Source: Paragordius varius (taxonomy: Eukaryota; Animalia; Nematomorpha). Taken from it: 64,000 nucleotides of DNA. The stretch covers positions 2,418,001 to 2,482,000 of the forward strand of contig OZ176052.1 of the NCBI GenBank assembly GCA_964247055.1, in the 5' to 3' direction. The notes beneath the pieces were generated by a model, which saw only the letters and a program-made list of their open reading frames with translations, made no database searches and was not told where the DNA came from. Position numbers and translations under genes: made by a program. Numbering within the stretch: position 1 is the stretch's first letter; each line of letters opens with the position of its first letter. Shown piece after piece: positions 52,652-63,425 of this stretch.

Positions 52652-55019
52652 TACTCAAGTGTGATAGTATAAAATTTATTTTTTTATATTTACTATCATG
52701 TTCATAATATTATTTCTATATTCTATGACTAACCATAATGGAAACTTATGGCTTAATTTATATTGATTTATTGTATAAAAAGTCCTTTTATTTATTAATA
52801 TGGAAAATCTTATTAGTCTAAAAAAAGTTTAAAAGTATGCAAACGTTTGAAATTTTAAGTATATCAACGATTTATTTTCCAAAAGATACGATTTATATAA
52901 TAAATAAATAAACAGCTTATCAGTGCCTCAATTTGCAATAATGTTCCCTAATAAATGAACGAAAATTTAGACTAATATTAATATTAAAAATATATTAATA
53001 AAGTTTCAATACTTGAAGTTTGTCCACATGGCGACAAATAGCAATGACTTGAAGTTTATTGAGAGCCAAAGTTTTTGCCATTTCCCGCCCTATTCCAGCA
53101 GTGGCGTTCCGAGCATTTGCGGCGCCCGGGGCATAAAACTCTAATGGCGCCCCCTCTCTCCTCCTCTTTTTGAAAGTTAATAAAAATATAAAGTAAAAGA
53201 ATATTAACGTCCTTAAATGCTTCATTAAAATTAATTTTAGGATCTTGCAATCTATGTTGAACCCTATCGATTCATATAAGTATTAGATCGCAGAAAAAAA
53301 TCAATGTTAAAAAACTGAAATTTAAAACACTCTGTAAAATGGATGTCTCACTTCTTGTTTCACTAGAATTTGAAGTATTTTTACTTAAATCTTCTAATAG
53401 CTCTATCTAATCATCTATTCCCTCAATAATGGTAAGTACTTGAATTCTAGCACTCCATCGGGCTTCAGACTCACGCTTAACAGTTTTTTAGTTTATTTTT
53501 CAATTGGTCCCATCTAATAGTTAAAAAAAGATGGATATTTTCAATTATACCGAAACAGGTCACAACAAAAACATCTTATTTTCTACGTGACTTTTACCAA
53601 ATTCAAGGAACGAGTGTCACAATTAGCAAATATTGCTCGAATTCTTTGTTGAACGCCTGAAATGAGACCCGACATCACAGCTACATTATTGTAGAATTGA
53701 GATCTACAATTTGATAACTAAACATTATCCATATTTAAATTTTCTAAAATTACCTTTTCAATTGACATTGCATCTTTGTTGAATAACTGAAAAAACCCAA
53801 AAAGGATACCTTTATGAGAACTCTATTTTTCTCATATTTAATAAACACCTACCTGGCAACTTAAAAAATTTGTTCTCGGTGCGCTATATCTGCGTTAGAT
53901 CAAATATAAGTCCATAATATTTACTTTTTTAATGACATTTATCAATATAGTTTTAACTCCTGAAGCCAAAAGATGTATAAACCTGTTTTGGATTTTGGAT
54001 GAAACATAGGTTAAAGTGTTAGGAGATTCAAAGTTTCTCATGTGTTCTCCTTCTATTGGGTCAAAAAGGGAGATTTTGGTTGATAATTTCATGCAGGCCA
54101 ATATTCGATGTAATAAGATCGATCAAAAAGTAGGCAACAATAACCATACTCAGATCTGTTCTTTGGTGAATATAAAAACCAAGACCTCTCAACTTCAAAT
54201 CCTTCTTTTTTTACAGACACGTCGAAAAAATCAAGATTGGGGCATTAAACGATGATTTTTTGTTTCAAAGAGATGGCAATCATTTTGATATACTTAAGAT
54301 CCACGAAAAATCATTTCTGTGCGATTATTAGATTTTACTAGAGGAACATTATTATTAGAAAAAGGCGACATCATTACTATATATATAGCGCTTGGAATTA
54401 CTAATGGTATATTTGTAGTTTTCTCATCTCTATATATTGGATCAATAAGGGTTTTGGTGTATTAAAGTTATTTTGTAGGGGTACTGTTATATTTGGGTCG
54501 CATACAGTTTTTCAATGTTAGGGTCAGATATTTTCGTTAAATAACCGTTTCCTATTTGCATAACCGCTGAGTTTAGGCATTGGTATTAGATGAAAAGTAT
54601 TTATAAAAAATACAAGGCTATTATAAGAATAAGAGATAAGGTTTTGAACATAGCGAGAAGTTAAGATAATTTAATTAGAGGCACTAAAAGAATTAACAAT
54701 ATGTGAGTGATAAAGAAACGTTTATCAAGCGAAATAAGTTTTTGTTGAAGGGAATAATGAAAGTTGTTTTTTGCATAATGTTTGATCTTGATCTCATTTA
54801 TATAATTTTTATATAGAAATTACCTAAGTTGCTGAAAAATCTTACTTGAAAGTTGTTATTATTTTTGCATAATTTAAATGTAATTTAAAAAATCATTTAG
54901 GCGCCCCTAAATAACGGCGCCCGGGGCATGATGCACCCCCTTGCCCCCCCATCGGTACGCCTTTGTATTCCAGCCGAGGCACCAGTCACTAAAGCCACTT
55001 TTCCTTGCCATTTTTCCAT
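51103..55019 (-). pseudogene. DHRS11: DHRS11-like classical SDR (293 aa if intact) with exon 1 interrupted by a hAT element; probably an inactivated allele. Coding pieces (minus): 55019-54966, [hAT], 53090-53013, 52327-51724, 51248-51103
   Basis: MEKWQGKVALVTGASAGI|GREMAK, CDV, ICINNAGLA, NVSS, YTASK, LRREL, LCPGWIKTNFA, LRPEDVSDAL. No stop or frameshift other than the insertion. Confidence 0.85.
53099..54965 (-). mobile_element. Decayed hAT transposon (Tip100/ZMYM1-DUF4371-like), 1867 bp
   Basis: TIRs CAGTGGCGTTCCGA / TCGGTACGCCTTTG; perfect 8-bp TSD TATTCCAG (53091-98, 54966-73). Remnants TYVSSKIQNRFIHLLA, NVAVMSGLISGVQQRI..CDTRSLNLV, TVKRESEARWSAR. Confidence 0.92.
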
Positions 55020-55525
55020 AATGTCGAATTTTGATTCAAAAATGATTATTTGATAAATTAACCTTTTAATTATTTTTTATTATCAATTGTTATCGGTATA
55101 TATATAATTTAGTGTACATATACCTTTAAGCTATAAAATATCCCCGATTCATTCTGTTTGATTTATCATGTCTATAAATCACTTTGCGTGATCATTATTT
55201 TTTAATAATCTTCATATATCTTATGTTTTTGATACATTGAAAATATGCATAAATATTTTTATTTTTAAAATATTTGAATGTTTCAAATAATTTTGTTTTA
55301 TATCACTGTTTTGTGTAATGTTTATGCTGATAAGAGTGATTGGTAATATAGTTTAAATATTATAGCTAATACGAATATACCTAATCTATATAGGAATTGT
55401 CGTATAAGTTTTGAAATACATTGCTTTTCGCGTGTTAAAACTTTCATTATAATTTAGTGTTTGTGAAACACTTTAGAGATTAGTCTTAGTTAAACATACA
55501 ATATATATAAATGCGGTGTGTATTA

Positions 55526-55804
55526 CAGTAAAAATTAAAATTATACGGCAAAAAGTTTAAATATAAAGACAATATTTTTTTATAAAAGACAACCATATAT
55601 ATTAAAACCTTAATGTTTCCCATATAAGCTACTTAGTTACAATTGTAAAATATAGAATTAATTGTGTTAGTATTATATGCTATTTCACAATTTGCCATAA
55701 CAAAGAGTTATATTGAAATAAATTATGATTTAAAAGTATGGTTGTCTTTTAGAAATATTTGTCTTATATTTTTACGTTTTGTCCGTATAATTTCAATTTT
55801 ACTG
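55526..55804. mobile_element. MITE family B, complete copy
   Basis: TA|CAGTAAAAATTAAAATTATACGG ... CCGTATAATTTCAATTTTTACTG|TA; CAGT termini with TA TSD, typical of pogo/Tigger-type Tc1/mariner elements. Confidence 0.82.
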
Positions 55805-56979
55805 TATAATTTTCAAACTAAAATAAAGCTATCAACATATTTTCATGGTCGGTAGTCATGTATAATGTATCCTAACGAGGCAAAGCGTAATATATTTGGA
55901 GTAATTTTTTATACAGCATTTTATTTTATTAATTTGAATTTTTATAAAAAATTAGATATTCCCATCTAACTTTTACAGTTTAGTAGTTTTTTCTATTAAC
56001 CATATTTATAATTGGTATTATTTTTTAGTAGTTAATCGTTTAATTTTAGGGATCGAAACTGGAACCCTTTTAATAATAGGGATCGCAAGCTATTCCAAAA
56101 AACTTTTTTTGCGATCTTTAAAACAAAACGCAATAAAATTTTCATGGTTCAAGGCTCTATTTTTATACTGGCTTTGTATCAATGGGGTTAAAAATTTAGA
56201 TAAATAAACCAAAATATAAATCATTTCACTAAAAAACATTGTATGTGATCGAAATTAAAATCCATGTGAAAAAAAACAATATAAGCTCGATTCGATTGCA
56301 AAAATATTTTTTGAAAAACCACAGGTCTACCGTCAACTTTTGATTCTTATAAATGTTCAAAAATTGTATTTTAATCTATTTTCATTTTTGTATAATTATA
56401 TACCTAGTATCCGAAAAAATATCACTAAAATGTAATGTGACCAGATATTTTAGACTTTGGTGGAGTAAAAAATTAAAACATACTTTGCCTGTTTTTACAC
56501 CATCGGTGTGGTATATTACACAGTTTCCACAAAAAATATCCTGATGAAATAATAAAATATCAGGATTATCATGGTGCTTTTGGTTTTAATCTTTACGAAT
56601 TATTTAAAAAAGTTATTTATACTTTTGTGGTTGGTGCTCTGTATAAAATTGCAAAAGGTGCGCAATTTTTTCAAATATATTTTTTGGTGAAAGCTAACTT
56701 TAATTCAAAAAATATTACTAAAAAACCTACATATCAAAAGCTAAACAATATTTTTAAATTTTTAAATGTGGGCTCTGAAGGTCCCAAATTTTTTGGATCT
56801 TTTAAAATGGACTGTTCTCTTAAAATAAACGCAAAATTCCGACATTGTGCATTAATTTTAAATATATGCTATATTTTTATTCAACTAGATATATTTTTCA
56901 AAAATTTGATTTCTAGCACAATGAAGCATACTTCATACTATTTTATGCACGATGGAATTATAAACGGTTGAGGTTTTAT

Positions 56980-56983
<4 letters not shown>

Positions 56984-57038
<55 letters not shown>
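56984..57038. repeat. (TA)n microsatellite, the longest of many (others near 4975, 13470, 16087, 18465, 19510, 20905, 41957, 52610)
   Basis: Directly visible run of about 27 TA units. Confidence 0.95.
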
Positions 57039-57041
<3 letters not shown>

Positions 57042-57372
57042 CGATAATGCTAATTTCTCAATCAGACTTTTGATTATAATAATTGTTCGTTTTCAAATAT
57101 ATGTTATATAAAAATGATGTTTTTTACAAAATATCACCGAAATTTGGAAGCAAACAAACCTTTAAATTAAAATTCTGAATGCTCAACATTTAGAAAAGGG
57201 GTTTTCCTTATATCTTAAGGCGTTATACCGTTTTCATCATGCTTAAAGTTATAAATGCGCTAAATCTCAAATTTGTTTATGCTAAAAATAAGAAAACTAA
57301 TAAAAATTAAAGTTTAGGAAAAAAATTAATATCATACCTCCCACCTGAGTATAGAAAAAGTGATATACTTAA

Positions 57373-58475
57373 CACTTCGATTCAAATTGGGGTATCTAAA
57401 TACACCAGGTTAAATTTAAGTTATGATTTTTAAAAACTACTGAAGGAAACGTGCCCAATTTAAATTTATACTTCCTAATATGCCAAAATATCTAAATAAA
57501 ATTTTGTTTTGAAAAAAAAGTTTCATGTCAAACTACTACGCCATTTTTATTTTACAAAATTTTTGCAAATATCGTCTTCATTTAATTATAAGGGTGAAAT
57601 TAAAGCTAATTTTTTTATTTAAATTACATCTAACATTGAGAGAATTAGAAAAAGCCATTTATTTTGTAATATTTTTCAATTTTACCATTGCACATATGTC
57701 ACGTTCTAAATTTTTACCTTTTGGTTTTAGTTTAACACTTCTATTCGAATTGGGGTATCTAAATACCCCAAAATAAATTTGAGTTAGGATTTTTAAAAAA
57801 CTAAGGAAGGAAGCGGTCCCAATTTAAATTTATGCTTCTATTCTAATAAAAATTATATATATATGCCAAAATATCTTAATAAAATTTTGTTTTGAAAAAA
57901 AATTTCCATGTCAAACTACTTCGACGCCTTTTTATTTTATAAATTTTTTGCAAAATATCGTCTTCATGTATTTTTAAAGGTAAAATTAAAGCTAATTTTT
58001 TATTTAAATTACATCTAACATTGATCGAAATAGAAAAAGCGGTTTATTTTGTATTACTTTTTAATTTTATTATTTCACACAGGTCACGTTGACGAAATTT
58101 TTACCCTTCCGTTTTAGCTTAAAATAAGTAATATCAAGTATTTTTGAATAGAATTTTTTATATATTTCGGTTTATTAATGTTATATAAGTGCAAAATTTT
58201 GGCATGGTTTCGATTCCTTCCATACGTTTTAAAATATTTGATTTTAAACAGGCCTGGGGTATCTAACTACCCCAATTTGAATGACTAAAATGAGTGTGTT
58301 TTATCCAAGTGTTAAAATATGTAATATCAAATATTTTTGCTTAAAACTTTTTATATTTCGGTAATGTTATATAAGTGAAAAATTTTGCAATGGTTTCGAT
58401 TCCTTCCATATTTTTTAAAGAATTTAATTTTAAACAGGCCTGGTATTTAACTACCCCAATTTGAATCGAAGGACT
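57373..58475. mobile_element. Palindromic element with internally duplicated arms, possibly piggyBac-like and non-autonomous
   Basis: CTTCGATTCAAATTGGGGTATCTAAATAC at 57375 (repeated near 57738) is matched by inverted GTATTTAACTACCCCAATTTGAATCGAAG ending at 58471 (repeated near 58260). Left end is TTAA|CAC; right end is degenerate. Confidence 0.5.
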
Positions 58476-59649
58476 AAAATGAATGTATTGTAAGGTTAAA
58501 TTTATGAAAAAAAGGTTATTTTGAAATTATATGCCATATATAATAAATTTTATATAATAGTTACGGGAATAACAATTTTGTATATAATTTTCCGTTTGAT
58601 AATTATAACAAAACATGAACTTTCTAAACCTGATCAAATATTTATTAAAATATCATAAATTGATTAATTTTAAATTTTGAAGCACCTCTTTTTGCGGAAA
58701 CCTTAAGTCAAAGAGCATTAGCCTGATCTTACGGTAGGGAGTCTGTAGTTTCGCCACTGCGCGAAAGGCTGCAATCCTAAGCTTTAAATAAAATATTATC
58801 CAATTAAAAATAAGTCAATCTTAATTTTTTACCGCAAAATGAACCATTTCTTTACAAATTATGGGGTTATTTTTACAGAGGGTACGCTTAAATTCTAAAA
58901 TATTTTTTGAATAAATAAAAGATATTTAAAATAATTTTTTTCAATTTCAAAAAGCAGTACAAAAGTGAGTGCAGTACAGTCGCAGTTTTTTTCTGAAAAT
59001 CCAGTACTGTACTGCGAAAAACAGCCTATCTGGTCACGTTGCTAAAATATATTATAAACTACATATAAACAGCAAAACAATATTTTAGTTTTTTTGCTCT
59101 TAATGAGATAGTCCCCCTGAAATAATCGTAAAAATGCAGGATTACGCGATAAAAACTAAAAAAATGCTAAATTTTAACATCCGCAAAAAATATTTTTTAA
59201 AAATTTATTTTTTAGCATATTGATGTAGCGCACTTCATACTATTTTAAGTTATGATGAAAACGGTTTAAAGCTTAAAAATATATTAAAAAAATACTTTTC
59301 TATATAATTCAATGATGCTGAACATTTTCTCCCTCAGACTTTTAATAAAACATTCACGTCTTCAAATTTATGGTAAATATATCACTAAAATATATAGTAA
59401 AACACGCATAAGCATAATTTTAAAAAAATATCAATTTTACAAGTGGATTTCAACAATCTCAAATTTTCGGACCCGTTTAAAATGGGCAAGAATAAAGGCA
59501 AAAAGGACTATATTACACAGCAAAAATTTAAGATTTATGCTAAATTTAGAATAAATTTTGAAAAAATGGGTAGTTACTTTTAAATATAATTTATAACAAT
59601 ATTTTGGTGGAGCATACCTCATGTTATTTTCGAAGCACGATGGAATTGA

Positions 59650-60269
59650 TATACCATTTACACTTCAAGAGTGTCCTTGAATAGTTCCAGTTGGTCCTTG
59701 AACATTTTAAGTTAGTCCTTGAACACTTCAAGTTTGTCCTTGAACACCTTCAGTTGGTCCTTTGTCTTTTTTGTTTTGTTTTTAACTTTTATCAATCAAA
59801 TCGTATATCATTAATCTATTTTATCGTTTTTAACCTATTTTTTTATTATTTACGATATATTTTAAATCAATATCAACTTTTAATTATTGAGAAACCGTAT
59901 ATCCCTATTAATTTCTTAAAATTATTTTGGAAACTTATAAAATTTTAAAATGTAATTAAAAATATAAGTTTTCTGAGCTATTATTTACGATTTTTCATGG
60001 AAACATTTAAAAGTTAATAATTTTGTTAAATTCGATAAAAGTGTGAAACAAAAAAGTGGTTTTTAAATAAAATATTTTATTTTTAAATGAATAAATATGT
60101 AGTAAATAAAGAAAAATTAGTATAAATAATAAATTTAAAAAATAAATGCATAAATCATGGTTAAAAAATTTAAACATTTAAAGGACTAATTTGAAGTGTT
60201 CAAGGACCAACTTTAAATGTTCAAGGATCGACTTGAAGTCAAGGACACTCTTAAGGTGCAAATGGTATA
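59650..60269. mobile_element. Foldback/MITE family A with 21-bp subrepeats
   Basis: TATACCATTTACACTTCAAGAGTGTCCTTG ... CAAGGACACTCTTAAGGTGCAAATGGTATA; internal sequence resembles 26411-27015. Confidence 0.82.
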
Positions 60270-60480
60270 ATATTTTTAGTTTTTAATTTGTCTCCAGCAT
60301 CCTTTATACTAGGTAATTCTCAAGAAAATTTACCTATAAATTATATTTTTAAGCAAAGTATGCATTTGTCAAAAATATGTTTTTGTTGTCATATCTAGCA
60401 TCAATTATTTTTTATCCCGAAATCTTTACATTTTTGCGCTTAGAAGGGCAAAAATTTTTGGTCCACATCTAAAGATTAAT

Positions 60481-61950
60481 CTATATCTATTTATTAAAAA
60501 ATGGAAAATGCTTGCTTTGTGATCTGTTTCCGGAAAACTGTTAGACCCATTCGAATCCAAATGTCGAATAATATAATCATTAATGAATGCCCCGACAATA
60601 GCTCCATTTTTTTGATTGAGGCTCCCAGTTCGGGCCCACCCCGTATAAAAAACGGTTTTTTTGAAAACAGAAGTCCACAAAAATCGTGTCTTTGAGACAA
60701 TTTTCCGGAAAACGTGTTGGACCATTTGATTTCAAATATGATTGTTTTACTCATTGATTGTGCTGAACATAGTCGGCTTGCTTTTTTGAAGTCACTCTTT
60801 TTACCAGATCCAGTAAAATGCCATTTTTTCAAAAAAACCAAATCGACAAAAATAATTTTTTTCTATTTTTCCCCCAAGGCAGTAAAAATTCAATGAGGAT
60901 TCCAGGTTTCCCTAAAAGGCAAAACTTTTAGTCGTGCGTTTCTTTTATATTAGCTGCTGGGTAAGGAGACCGCTAAAAACTGCCCTTTCATATCGAAATA
61001 GCGTACCTTTGGGGCTAAATTTCAGAATATCTATCAGGCCATATAACTTCCATAGCTGATTAAAATATTACCCGTAACAGGACAAAAATATGGGTCGTTT
61101 TAAAATTAGCCGTTAATTTGGCTCCTCATCCCTGAAAAATGCGTCTCCATAGTATGATTTTTTAGTTTTGAAGCAATATTTTAAAAACTAATGAAAGCAT
61201 GTGGAATCAATCATGATTCCAGGTATTCTCCGTAAAAAAGGTAAAATTTGATCAAGCGTTTTTTTGTTTCGACTCTGGTTAGGGGCCGCGTTAAGCTGCG
61301 GCACCATATCGATACAGAATGCCTTTGGAGCCAATCAGAAAACCTATGAGACTATGTGAGTTCAACAAGGGCCTTAAATATTTATTATTCCGTAATAAAC
61401 ATGTATTTTAGCGTAGGGGTATTTAAATGAATCGCTAGTAAAGTTTTACCCCCTGAAAAATGCACCGCCATAGATCTTTTTAGTTATAAGCAAATTTCCA
61501 AGAACTTATAGGAACAAATGGAATCCGGCAAAAATTTTGCCCAACGCTTTTTATGCCTGCCCTTGTAAGGAGCTACCCGCCAAAAACTTCGCAACTATAT
61601 AGAAATTGCATTGTTTTGGAGCTAATTTACAGAAAATTTATAAAGCCATATCATTAAAAGTTTGAAATATTACCCGTAACTTGTCAGGCGTTTTTTATTA
61701 GGAGTTAATTTGGGGCCTTTATGCCCTAAAACTACGCCATCTTTTAACGATTATTTGTTGAGATATTTTTTAGAATAACCTATGAGACGATGGTATTAAA
61801 GATGATTCCAAATATTTGCCCTATAAAGCCAAAGACTTTAACTCAGCGCCTTTTTCATATAGGTCTATGGGCAGGGGTCTACCGGTTTAAAACTGAGACG
61901 CCATATAAAAATGGCGTAGTTTTGGAACTAACTTTCAAAAACTTAAAAAG
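60481..61950 (-). repeat. Inverted homolog of the 38110-40100 tandem-array element
   Basis: 60481-60640 is the reverse complement of ~39960-40100, and 61780-61925 of ~38130-38275. Internal spacing is 320 bp (e.g. 60975/61295, 61135/61455). Confidence 0.8.
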
Positions 61951-62752
61951 CCTTACGAACACAATAAAAGCTCAAAATAATACCGATAAAAAGGTAAAAA
62001 CTATATAGCTGTTTTTACCGTAAGCTGCCAATTTGGGGCCTTTACACCAGTAAACAATATATTAGTATGATTGCAAAGTTTTGAAAATATAATAAAGCAT
62101 TGTTTAAAAAATCCTATCAGATCATAACTATAAAATAATGTTTCGAAATAATTCACATATATGGATCACAAATTCGCCGACCCTTTTTTTCAAATAGCGC
62201 CTCCACAAGAAATCCGAAAGATTTTCACATTTTAAATAAATATTGCCATTATATTATATATTTTGATCATATTTTTAGTAATAACGCATTTAGTTGCCAT
62301 AATTATTTTCATTAAAAATATGCTGACTAATTTTGCGATTTTACGCGAGCATTTACCAGAAAAATACAACCAACCTTCATATATCTCGTAAGCCCAAAGT
62401 CTTAAAGAAATTTTGATTATTTCTCCGAATATATTATTTTGTTTAAAATATTTATTTAAAGACCATAGGTTTTGTGGCAATGTGAATAAATAATAATGTT
62501 GATGCGTAAAATTTTCAAATCTTCAAATATACTAAAATATAATTATCTATTCTAACTTTAAATTATTATGTTTTATTTATTAAATTTTAATTTTATTACA
62601 GCTTACCACCCTGTGTTTTCGTTAGCTGATATAGATAATTTATTGGCATTAATGACGAAAATTGTATTATGCCAAATGTCAAATCATTTAAGTAAGCAAC
62701 CACATATGTTATCATATGATTATATTTGAAAACAAAGGGCTTATTTTAAGAA

Positions 62753-63425
62753 ATGCCCTGGTACTTTCCGTGGTCTGAAACGTTAGTTTTAAAAGCATAC
62801 CGCTATGTATTAAACCGTTATTTTGGTTTTTATATATCGGAAAAGCTTATTTTAAATCAGTTGGATATAGATATATCATTAGGAACTAGTTCGATTAAAG
62901 ATGTATCCCTCAATATTGAAGTAATAATATATTTTATTTAGAACATAAATCAATTCTTACGTGATTTCAACATTCCCTTGGAATTGGAAAGCGGATTTGT
63001 GAAAAATGTGTACTTCAAAATACCCTGGTCATCAATTTTTACTTCTGCTTCGGAAATTGAGTTGATTGATGTCGACCTCATATTTCGATTAAAAAATATT
63101 TCTGATAACAAAAAAAGTATTTTTTCTACTAACTACTAGAATTAGAAATCCATGTCCCATGCATGACCGATAGTGTGGCTCTTGTAAAAGAATATTTGCA
63201 AAAGGATGGTACGAACGTTGATTTTGCCGATAATGATGTGAATAATTTTGAGGGTGTAGAATTGTTCGCTCATACATTAGATTCAAGTTTATAATTTTAT
63301 TTTACATTTATAGTATTAACTCGCATAAAGTTTTTGGCCAAGAATATTAATGTCCACCTAATAATGGACCCCCCTAACTACCCTTCACACAATCAATATG
63401 GATCCTTTAAATTACATATACCAAG
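62753..63425 (+). CDS. ATG2: Autophagy-related protein 2, 5' end only (gene continues beyond the traced region). Exons: 62753-62920, 62942-63116, 63140-63286, 63314-63425
   Basis: MPWYFPWSE..YRYVLNRYFG..EKLILNQLDIDI..G; PLELESGFV..IPWSSI; MTDSVALVKEYL; FEGVELFAHTLDSILTRIK match the ATG2A/B chorein-N region. Confidence 0.92.
62921..62941 (+). other. 21-nt micro-intron (ATG2 intron 1)
   Basis: GTAATAATATATTTTATTTAG. Its terminal TAG is an in-frame stop; removal gives VSLNIE-NINQFL. Confidence 0.9.
63117..63139 (+). other. 23-nt micro-intron (ATG2 intron 2)
   Basis: GTATTTTTTCTACTAACTACTAG, containing a CTAAC branch-like motif; removal restores the frame to MTDSVALVKEYL. Confidence 0.88.
63287..63313 (+). 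other. 27-nt micro-intron (ATG2 intron 3)
   Basis: GTTTATAATTTTATTTTACATTTATAG, with an in-frame TAA; removal gives AHTLDS-ILTRIKF. Confidence 0.88.

Noticed and set aside
58690-59115. Group I intron-like words (TTGCGGAAACCTTAA, GAGATAGTCC) and a U4-like CTTTCGCGCAGTGGC on the minus strand
   Set aside because: No R element or P7 partner, and no continuation of the U4 sequence; likely chance matches.
59691-59948. ORFs with heptad repeats (VLEHFKL), also 26897-27091; 21-bp repeats superficially CRISPR-like
   Set aside because: These are translations of 21-bp MITE subrepeats. There are no spacers or cas genes and the context is eukaryotic.
55860-62700. Many 60-115 aa ORFs in introns and the SDR-ATG2 intergenic region
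   Set aside because: F/I/L/K-rich translations typical of AT-rich non-coding or repeat DNA, with no recognisable domains or splice-consistent models.
62753-63425. VPS13 as the identity of the chorein-N gene
   Set aside because: MPW..WSE, RYVLNRYFG and FEGVELFA match ATG2A/B better than VPS13.
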